Below, piece after piece: positions 22,742-32,495 of a stretch of DNA of 32,495 nt (the first letter of the stretch is position 1; the number at the start of each line of letters is the position of its first letter). Under the pieces are notes generated by a model, which was not told the DNA's origin, made no database searches, and saw only the letters and a program-made list of their open reading frames with translations. The stretch comes from a bacterium (lineage in GTDB: Bacteria; SAR324; NAC60-12), in contig CBDDTI010000422.1 of assembly GCA_965233585.1 (NCBI GenBank), forward strand, positions 1 through 32,495, read 5' to 3'. A program made the translations under genes and the position numbers.

Positions 22742-25082
22742 CTAAATTTTGTCGGGAATGAATGGTCGGAATTCAGGCGGGATTTTCAGTCGCTTCGACC
22801 CACGTAAATATTTGTACAACTCGTCAAATCCAACAAAACTCCACAAATCAGAATCCGCATGCCACTCCATGCCCAAAGTTTCCAAGACTGAAGGTGTGAC
22901 TGCCGGAAGCTGAGGTTGGCCGGCACAAGACTCCTTCATGTCTTCGATCAAATCAACCACTGCTCTGGCAAAGGCCATGGGATAAACCCTGAGGATGGGC
23001 AAAGAATATGGAATGGGATGGGATATGCACATGGTGTAAATCAACCATTAAAAAGGGTGGCCAGCCAAATAATTCTAACATGCATATGTTAATCCAAAGC
23101 ATGCTATATCAGGAATTTATGTTTTTACATGGGGGAAATATAAAAGTAAAAAAAATCCATTACCGTCAACTATGATCATAACCCTGAATCTTAGGATGTC
23201 TTTGGCACATAGATAAACGGTTGGTTTCGGGGATAACCATAAGGCGTGATATCCTTACAAAATGGATAGCTAAAGGCAATGGATTTTCTTTGATCTTGGA
23301 TTTCTTTCAAGTAACTCTGTGGACCGGAGATCTTTGGTGCCCTTGTAACGGACTTTCCCAGTAGCATCTTTGTACTTCACACAGGTCTTTATGGTCTGCC
23401 TTTGGGATGTAGGGTTATGAAGGCGCCCCCTATCCAAGCGACGGATTTTCTGGCTATTGCAAAATGCATAATGCCTTTTTGCTGTGGGACTGCCGTAGTG
23501 CCTCATCCACCATTTCACCGTGGAGACCTGAGGTACATAGCCCCAAACCAGTAAAACCACAAAGTTCCAAAATAACTGTTTGTTCACCTGACCAAGCAAT
23601 GATACAATTTTCTTGTGTATTCAGAGAAGATTTTGAATCCACAGTAATGCATGGAAAGTCTCAACAGGTGCATATCTAGCGCATATCTCACGCATATCTA
23701 GCACATAATGCCGACATCGATCGGTGTAAGGGCATAACTGCAAAAGGTCCGCCAGATTCACAAATAGATAGCAGGATAAATCTCCATGTTGGATAAAATT
23801 CCAAGAGCGACCCAGATGGCTGTTCCAGGGACCAACATCCTCCAAGAGCAGTGCATAGGAGAACGAGGCAGCATGTCCTGCGGTGCCAGTCTGGTTAGCT
23901 TGCGCGTGTTAAAGTGGGAATTGGCACTCCCCATGGGGCTACATATGATTTCACCCAGTATCCTATCACTAAACCAAATAATGTTTCTTATTCCAACAGG
24001 TTCCACATTCAGAACAAAAAAGCATTTCCAAATACCAGGTTCCTTTCCAACAGTTTGTTAGATGTACGAACAGACGCATGTAGAAGACATCCTATGGAAG
24101 TGCATGCGCTTCTCATTGACGTTCCAATGTTCACCTTACATAGAGAGCTGCATTTGATGCCGAAGTGGCATGCGAAGGCATTCATCGCCCCTTTCATCAT
24201 CACCAGTGCTGCCAACCTTATGGATGTGAGAAGGCCGGCTGATAGCGGGATGGAATCACCACTTGATACAAACACATTGTCTCAACCTGAGAACCTCGAA
24301 GCCTAGATAGACCCCCTGTTGAACACCTTCCATTGGGAAACAAAACATGTCAAATACTGCCACAGAAACGCAAAACCAGAAGGACTGTTGAGATCCATGT
24401 AGTTTGACCTCTTCGAATTCTTTGGAACTGAATGGTCTTTGATATCAAACCTGACATTTGTGTACTTGGCCGCTTTCATCTGTCGGCAGATGTTGCCAAC
24501 ACCTGCGAAGAACTCCATATAGTCCACCTCCTGTTTGGAAAGAGATCTGCGTGTATGACATCCATATGTATGCAGAGATGAATTGGCATTCGTAAGTCAA
24601 AACATGAAAACATGGATCCATGACCGATACCGCATGTGATACACATGGATCTAGCTATATATGTATACATGGATTGCGTATGCCTGGAAATCTACCCTGG
24701 TAAATTGAAATCTCTGTTTCCCAAGCCGACCTGTGTCATGTCAAAGCCGCTCCATGTGATGAGCAGCAGGCAAAGAACGAACTCCTGGCCAGAGGCAAGT
24801 TGAAGGATGGCGAGAATAGGTTGTGGTGAAAGCATATATGTACAATGAGTATTGATGAATATCGAATATATAATATCGATTATATATATAATATTGAATA
24901 TATAATATCTGAAATGGGGATGGGGATTGACTCTTCATGAACCTTACAGGCATTTGTAATTACGACTTGCATGGCTGTGCGCATGCTTGTTGATAGGTCA
25001 ATTAAACCCTCACGACCCTAACACTCTCCTTTGGGCACTTCAGCAGCCGAAGACGAAACACCAGGTCGTCAATCCAAGCCAT
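22742..25082 (-). CDS. C5-cytosine DNA methyltransferase-like protein, 7 exons, 346 aa
   Basis: Exons 25082-25029, 24784-24731, 24530-24370, 24216-24043, 23877-23739, 23527-23316 and 22988-22742 total 1041 nt. Phases are compatible, all acceptors are AG|G, and donors are GA, GT, GT, GA, GT, GT. Motifs in canonical order: I EFFAGVG, II RFD, III MDL, IV IKCSS, VI LEQP, VIII YGSPTAKRH, X-like YPMAFARAV. Confidence 0.8.
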
Positions 25083-26522
25083 TGCTATGGACAGCCCCGG
25101 AAGGGAAGCCAATCTGTTGAGGATAACGATGGAACCAAGAATGATATATACATATACTCTATGAACACCTCATTGTGCAAGTATCTCAAGACTTAGCGCA
25201 CTTTAGCTTTGCTGGAAATCTGTACCAGTATTTACTACATCCAGAGTAGAAGATTCCATGTCCATGGGAAAAAGCTGCGGGAAAAGTGGTTGAACACGAT
25301 CAGCATCAATCCACCTTGCCATAATGAAGAAAATAACCCCTTTGATTATTGAATCATACAGAGATGTCTCCTTTGAGTACTCTTAACCGATCATCATTCC
25401 ATCATTGAACCTTGATGATGTGTTGATGTTTCAATTTGTTGACCCAACTCCAAAAAAACATGCCAGAGGGCACAAGATCTTTTCAGAGTTTCCAGCCGGA
25501 CACTCCACAGGTTGTTGCGTCGCTGCAACTTGCGAAGCCTCTCCACCGTCATGTTTTGACCTTGGCCGGGTATCAACACAGGATCCATGCAAACAAATGG
25601 ACAGGGAAAACATGGGGAAACATAATCATAGGCACGCTATCTCCAATTGATGACTATATATGCATTCGTGCATCGTGCAGGTGACGATTGTTCTTATTTT
25701 TTTGAATGCAACAGTAGCCAGAACTTGTTTTTGATAGGCACTTGAGGGACACAAAATTCTTCAAGGATGGTGGGATTCCATGATAGTGGAAACAACAGTG
25801 TGAGTCAGAGAGACACCCTGTCCCCTGAAGAAGGCTCCAGGTTTGTCAAAGTTCTTTTAACATAGGATGGCGGCAACGTTCCTTTTTCTTTTCTCTCTGA
25901 TGGGATGAGCATTCCATCTGCAGGTCTAGTGCGCAAAGCAGCCCTGGGATATCTTCGTGGATTCAGGACAGACTTGGCCATCACCCTAAAGGTGGTATAT
26001 TGGGACTTTGAGGGGTAGTTATTGTTTCCCATCCCCCCTTAAGTCCAGACAAACTGCTTTATCATATGGTATGTTAGTAACGTAATTATGTATATAATGA
26101 TATGGGTCCCGAAAATAACTAATGGTTTAACCAAATATCAAAGTGAAATACAGATCCAACACTTATTTGTCACAATTTCCAATTATGGATGGCCATTTGT
26201 TTCCAATAATGGAGCTCGAGATGCTGTCCAAAAATCCTTTGTGGGCTTTATCTCAAAACGCTCGTATGTTCTCCCCGAAGTTCAACACTTGAAGATCAGT
26301 TTTCAAACCTTTCTGTGGGAACAATTTGCCACCACTAAGTTTTGATCAAACCAGTGGGAGTGACATCAGTGTCCAACTTGCCCGCAACTCCTAAGCTGAC
26401 ATGTATATGTGTGAACCCAAGCAGCTTGTTTCAAAGCTACAACCCTGAAAGACACGCAAACAGCCAGCATGTTGCGAGCGGTTGGCACATCATGAGAGCA
26501 TCTCAAAAGGGAGTTGGTCAAA

Positions 26523-29500
26523 TCAATTGGGCTTTGTAAGAACCAGTGTGCCAGTCGCTTTCAATGAGTCTCCGAGTCGCTCTACCTCCGAACTATCCCC
26601 AACATCATCTTGGGCAATCTCACCATCGTTCACCATTCTGTCGAGATACATCACCTCGGCCGGGTAGTTGGATAAAATCAATGGGGGGTACATGGGATTC
26701 AAACAAACCCAGCGAACGAGTGACACTATCTAGACATCAAACTTATGATGAAACAAACCCTTTTGATATCCTTTGCCGCCAGTTGGAAAAACGAGTCACC
26801 CTGTCAGCAACCTACTTTTTGAAGAAAATAATTTGTCCTGACCTCGCTTGACTGCATACAAAGCATACATGTCATACGTTCATGCATGCATATATGATAC
26901 ATAATGATACATATATATATATATGTGCATGTTCATGCATGGTGCACTCGGGTCAAGTTACAAACAGCTTCGCACATTTCAGGGCCACCGCAAGTCGGGA
27001 CATGAAATTGGGGCCATCAATGTCATTGAAGCTGAAGGAGCATAAGTCTCTCTTGGCAGATCGGGAGGTGCACCCAACACGGCCGGTCTTCCAGTAGATG
27101 TTGAGTCTGCACTGCTGCAGATTTGAAACCTTGAGCCGGGTCTTCATCTCAACTTCATCTCTTCTGTCACAGAAGTTGCGGGATTGTCAGCGTACAACTC
27201 AAGGTATTTCCTGATTTTCGGAACGTCTTTGTCCCTTGGTAAGGCATCTGGTTCCTGCGAAGTTGGTCTTTCTGCCTTGCGAGCTTTCTTCTGAGGCTCC
27301 GTTTTCTGAATTTCTGTGGTGCTTTTTCTCTGCTTTGTTTCGTTGCCAGTTGACTGGCCAGTTGGCTCCGCCACTGGCTTTGCAAACTTTTTTGCTTTCT
27401 TCTTTGTCTGCTGTTCCTCTACATCTTTGAGCTTACCCAAAGATTCATTTCCATCATTCCATGCGTAGGCGTCCCAGTGGTACCCCGACGTTCCCCAACT
27501 TTCATGCGCCCATTCCTCATCTGGAGGACCGTACTCATTGTACCATTCCTCCTCCCACCACCCCTCATCCTTCTCATCCTTCTCTGGAGCTTCCTTGTGT
27601 GAGCCCTTCCCAGACCCTTTCTGCTTTGTGGTAATTCTCCCTCTACCCCGTCCCCGTCCTCGTCCCCGCCCTCTAGGTTTCTCTGGTTTCAAACCTAATT
27701 GGTCATCTCGTGTCACGTAGGGCTCGGATGACATTGCCTAGCCATCACAAGTCAATGCACCACATAGGGCAAAATGATACAATCAGATTCTTTATTTTGG
27801 CATCCCTGCAGTGAATGATCTATGTTTGTAATTCCCAACCCCCTCACATATCCCTTCCCAAGCCTCATCAAGCTTGGATCTTTTCATGGGCTTCACATCG
27901 TGTTTGGGTGAAGCATCTGGTTTTTCCTGGGCGTCATCAACATGAGCGGGCTGGTGTCCTGCTTCTTCTGGTGTTGTCTTTTTTCTACAACGGTGAAAGG
28001 TATTTCGTTTCTGGGCTGCAGAGACTTCAGGCGAAGGTTTCGGTGTGACTTCTGTAGGAAGCGGCAAGGTGTTGACATCAACGGGAAAAGTCTCTTGTTC
28101 GTCCGTAGCCGCTGAAGTGATGTTCACTCCTAAAAAACAGCAAAGTAAAATTCAACCCACCTATCAACCCACAACAAGAAATCCATACAGTATTCACCTT
28201 CACATGTTCACTACGGAGTGCATGTGCTGGAGTATTTTTTTTGTGGTCGGCGCCCGTTGCCTTTCGGCGGGTCGCACTTGAAACTCCCGAGTGGACCAGC
28301 AGGGATTCGAACCACCACCGGCAGTCTGTCAGCGCTGGCAAGACCAGCGCCATACCAACTGAGCCATCGGGTCGCCTAGTGCATGTGCTGGAGTATGAGG
28401 AAAAAATGTGCAGCTACAACTGCTCCTGGTCCCCCGGAAACTACTAGCGACATCAATGCCAAACGTTCCTCTTCCTGCTTTTTCTTTCGCAACCTCAAAC
28501 AAGTCAGGAATTGTTTTTCCCAATCGCGCAGTTTGACAGACCACCAACAAAACAATGTCAACAGCTTTAACACGCTTTGAGACAACATTTTACTGATCAG
28601 CTTTGATGCCTACCTTCATGAAAAGAAATGCGTGCATTGTTACTAAGTGGATGCTAATCAGTTGTTTGAACAAACACCTTGATTTGATAGGTCAAGCCTT
28701 GAAATGCAGCCAGAAACATTGCCAGCCGTGCGATAATCTCGGCCCTTTGTTTCTCCAGGTCCCTTTGTTTACCTGGAGTGAGGTACTTGGTAGGTGGCAA
28801 CTACCCCAGTCACATCACAACAAATATGTTTTTGTTGTGCATCTCGATACAACTTGAAGAAATGCAAAAACATAAATTTAAACAAGTTGCTTGCATTTTC
28901 TGCATCACTTGCGGCAGGGGGTGCTTCATCACTGGGAAGTCTGGTGGGTTCCGTGGGGGAAGGAGTCGAAGTTGCCTGTAACTTGCAGTCTGTCTTTTCA
29001 TCACCTTTGCACACACCTGTCACCTGACCCGTTGGTTCCTTTTTCTCTGCATGTACCTCTTTTTGCTGCTCTGTCTCTACCGCAGCTTCCTGTTGAACTA
29101 CCTTCGCAGCCTTGCCGCTGCTGCTAGAGCTTTTTTGTTTTTCAAAGGGTTCAATCAGGGGGTCGCTCTCTTTTACATCCTCCTCTTCCCCTTCCTCTGC
29201 GTCCTCATTCCAAGCATCATCCTCCCCATCAGACTTGTCGGCCAGCCCCTGCACCAACGAATACGGTACGTACCCCATCTAATTAATCACACTTAACAGA
29301 ACACATTCACAAAGTATGCACGTTCATGCACACGAGAAACCTGCAATGCAACTTAGCAAAAACACCTTGACATCCTCAGTGGTAAGCCCAAAGATACTCT
29401 TGACAGAGCCCGTGCCTTCGCCTTACTTTTGGCATTCACACTGTCCACCGTAGCCTGTCGAAGAAAAGGGTGGCGAGAGACATGTTTTTTTTTTAACGTT

Positions 29501-30354
29501 TTCATTTATATATATTTTATATATTATAAGAAGAAGAGACTATGTTCAACTCTTCAGTTGGGGTGACGACAGAAAGACTTTAGAAAACATATGCACGCAT
29601 GATTGCCTTGAGAAGCATTGAAGAATAATATTCAGCCTGAAGCATGAAATCCAAGAGTAGGACAACATTCTGGAATTCGATCACCTGGGTCAGGACTGGC
29701 AGTGTTGACAAATAGTAACCCATTCGTTTAGCATTGATTCTCCAGACACATCTGTAATCCAAGAATGATCAGCGTCGATGACCACATGTCACAGGAAAAA
29801 ATGACATTACGGTCATCTAGATTTGTTTGAAACAAATCACAAAGAAAATGACTTGGACATGAAGATGCAGCATCATTTGAAAGTTTCTTAAACCGAGTTG
29901 CGGTCGACACTTCTTGACGTCTAGCTTTCAACTTGACAAACCCGCAGAGCTTCTTGATGGTTTGGCCCGTTTCTTCAACTAGGGTCACTAAGTCTTCCCC
30001 ATGACGTTTCCCCAGGGTCAAGAGAGTTCCAACTTCGTCACGGAGGTCATCAATACTGGGCAAAGGTTGTTTTTCAGTAATGCACATTCTCTGCAAGATT
30101 GGTTCCAGCAAAGCGTCATTCCGAACACAATTGGGTATGCTCTCATGCTTGACCACGGTTCCCTCGGCCATCACTGGGCCACCATCCAACACTCTGTTTC
30201 TGATTTCTTCTATGCCAAACCATTCGTGTGCCAACCCTTTGATAACACATGCTTTTCCAGATCGTCCAGACCCATCACCCTTAAGCTCCGTAGACTCGCA
30301 GAGCTCCTTTGACTTAGTCTTGGAAGCTGTGACGCTGGCTTTGGTTTTGGCCAT
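26523..30354 (-). CDS. Large multi-exon hypothetical protein (element accessory gene) with globular ends and a low-complexity acidic/basic middle
   Basis: Start MAKTKAS.. at 30354 with a folded-looking exon (GLAHEW..IRNRVL..LLEPIL..IKKLCGFVKLKARRQEVS). Acidic exon near 29250, RGRGRGRGRGR exon at 27144-27734, and C-terminal segments RLNIYWKTGRVGC..RLAVALKCAKLF and VMYLDRMV..TKPN*. Joining them into one gene is inferred. Confidence 0.6.
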
Positions 30355-31034
30355 CGTGGCCAGTTTGATCTGAAAATGGCTGAAAAATAATAGCGGAAAA
30401 TAAATATCCAATTTGCTGGTTTCATTTCCGAACGTTGCACCAGGAGCTTGGTTTTCTCCAACTTGGCAGTGTGAGATCCCGGTCATTCTAGCTCCGGGGC
30501 CCCGGACTGTTAATCTCGAGCAGCCAAAAAATCAGCCGCCATTGCTTCAAGCGGATACCCAATGCATCTAATTTTGCATATCTAAGGGTGTTGCCCATTC
30601 TCCCCAATTGTGACTCCACATTATTATTTTTTTGTGTGGGCCTTAAAAATTATATCAAATCACGATTCATTTCAGGGCGTGGTGCAAGCCACAAGTGATG
30701 AACTGGGATTGAAATAAAAATATGCTTTCAGATAATTGGAATGATGGTGCATGAGTTCATGCCTATTATATGTTTACATATAGCCTGAATAGTCTGCATT
30801 AAACGATCAGTATGATATACCACCATCCTGTTGGAGCGATTAATACATTGTATGAGGAATTGTATGATTCACATTGTATATATTGCGTTTTGAAAAAATA
30901 AACCTTATATCACCGCTTAAGGTCATTGAGGGTAAAATCGTTCCATCAACATAAGATAAATCTGCAATGCCACCAATCCGCGGCCCAAGCAACCACCCTG
31001 CAATGGGCCAAGAATCGTACCTGACCCGAGATTT

Positions 31035-31102
31035 GCTGCAAAACCAGGGTTTGCAGCGTAAACCCAGGGTTTGGGATCATCATGGGGTGAAACCCAAGGT
31101 TT
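31035..31102. repeat. Palindromic motif cluster (right subterminal)
   Basis: GCTGCAAAACCAGGGTTTGCAGC (31035-31057), AAACCCAGGGTTT (31060-31072) and AAACCCAAGGTTT (31090-31102). Confidence 0.8.
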
Positions 31103-32495
31103 GTGGTCAAACCCGAGAAAAAAGAAGGGTCAGGATGCGCAAGGTACTACAAAATGGCTGGACAAGGGAAAATAATTTCCTACAAAATGACCCTAGAAAT
31201 CGGGCTTATATTGGCCTTGAGGCCAACCATTTCATAGGGGAAATTTCAACGGGTATACCTTCCAAATATCCCAAAAAATGGTGTTTTATCTAATAGTTTT
31301 TGTATATTAATAATTTTTCGAATTATTTGGAGGGCCGCACGGTACTTACATTTAATTAACATAGATATGTGTCGTTCTTGTCAGTTGTATTACGGAGCAT
31401 ACGAAGCGCAGGTTGAGTGAAAGGCTGCTGTACTTGTGATTTATAAACTCCTGAACACAAAGGAATTATGCCACTTTCATCCACTTTCTAGTTGTCAAAT
31501 AAAACTCTTAACCAATGTCTCAGATATTTTGAAGACCAAAGCATTGTAACAGCTGTATTTTTTTGAGATCAAATTGGCCGAGACCTTTTGGGGGCAAGCT
31601 CACATTTCGCAGTGATTTCCGGTATGATGCATTTTATCTCTCAAAGATTCTCGAGGAATTGAAGCCGCTGCGGGCATTGCAGGCATTGCCCGTCCTTTGA
31701 TTCCTTCTCTTCAATATCATTTAGGCTGTTGTCCCCATGTGGCTCGGCGCTGAGCTCCAGACTCGTCCAAAACCACACGCTGCAGCTTCCTTCGTGGATA
31801 TTTCACTGGGACGCACCCGAACGGCTCAAGTTCTCCTGAAAAAACAAACAATTTTGAATATGTTTATATGTTTTCCTAGGTCTTCGTTCGTAGTATTTTT
31901 TTCTGGGAGACTAGGTTGTTGACTTTTTTTTGAGATATCGGTCAGAAAAAGTAGTTCTTCACCAAAACGCCTACTTTATGATTTCCCTGGTTTCATTTCA
32001 TGCTGCATTACCATATTACGCACTCAACCTCATTCAATCCTATGTCAGTTGAATTCCCTAATGTGAGCCATTGATAAAACTAAGTGAAGCAATGACAAAA
32101 GGCCCGCAAATCGACAGGGTCAATCACCACCTACCCTCTATCCACCATAAGCGAATAAAATCAAAACGCTGTTAGCTGGTCAATCGGCTTTGAAGTGCCA
32201 CTAACAGACTCTTTGGCTCACCATTTCTTAGATTATGTCCATTTTTGTGTGCGATGTGCACGTTTTATGCGAAAGTTCGCGCCTACAAAAACCTTCGAAA
32301 CTCCCTCAAAAAGCTTCAAAACGACTACAAAAACCATCAAACGCCTACAAATCCCAAAAAACTAGGTCACTTTGCTTTTTAATATTTTCGGCAATATCAA
32401 AAAAATGGAAATGTTAAGCCTTCTGCTTCTTTTTTGCAGAATTCTCACGGAATTATATTTTTGGAAGAAACATGGTCATAATTGCAAGTTTGAAC

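Larger units (their letters stand above)
13900..31340 (-). mobile_element. Putative ~17-kb multi-gene CACTA/EnSpm/Plavaka-like DNA transposon (boundaries approximate)
   Basis: Transposase plus four co-oriented genes. The same AAACC(C)AGGGTTT palindrome clusters occur at 14133-14168 and 31035-31102. There is imperfect inverted similarity between AAGGTATA..CCCTATAAAATGGGCCTTGAGGCC (14034-14073) and GGCCTTGAGGCC..CCATTTCATAGGG..TATACCTT (31213-31261). Exact termini and target-site duplication were not found. Confidence 0.65.

Noticed and set aside
14133..31102. AAACCC/GGGTTT motifs as interstitial telomeric repeats
   Set aside because: They are isolated palindromes, not tandem TTTAGGG arrays.
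13500..32495. Canonical CACTA...TAGTG termini for the large element
   Set aside because: I found no convincing matched terminal pair with a target-site duplication by eye, so the boundaries remain approximate.

Overview
Eukaryotic, repeat-rich DNA, most likely from a dinoflagellate (Symbiodiniaceae-like). This is inferred from short exons, AG|G acceptors, GT/GC/GA donors and genes all on one strand. Positions 1-10300 are a mosaic of microsatellites, a 148-bp satellite and several tandem-repeat families, partly eroded to extreme AT content with CpG apparently spared. Positions 10469-13310 are a non-coding foldback-type element with 21-bp terminal inverted repeats, a degenerate 8-10 bp target-site duplication and mirrored 40-bp arrays. 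Positions ~13900-31340 look like one ~17-kb DNA transposon with five intron-containing minus-strand genes: a CACTA/EnSpm/Plavaka-type DDE transposase (one in-frame TAG), a GIY-YIG-like nuclease (one in-frame TAA), a 7-exon 346-aa C5-cytosine DNA methyltransferase-like gene that splices into an open frame, and two large genes of unknown function. AAACCCAGGGTTT-type palindromes cluster near both ends and internally. All family assignments come from motifs read by eye; no database search was run.
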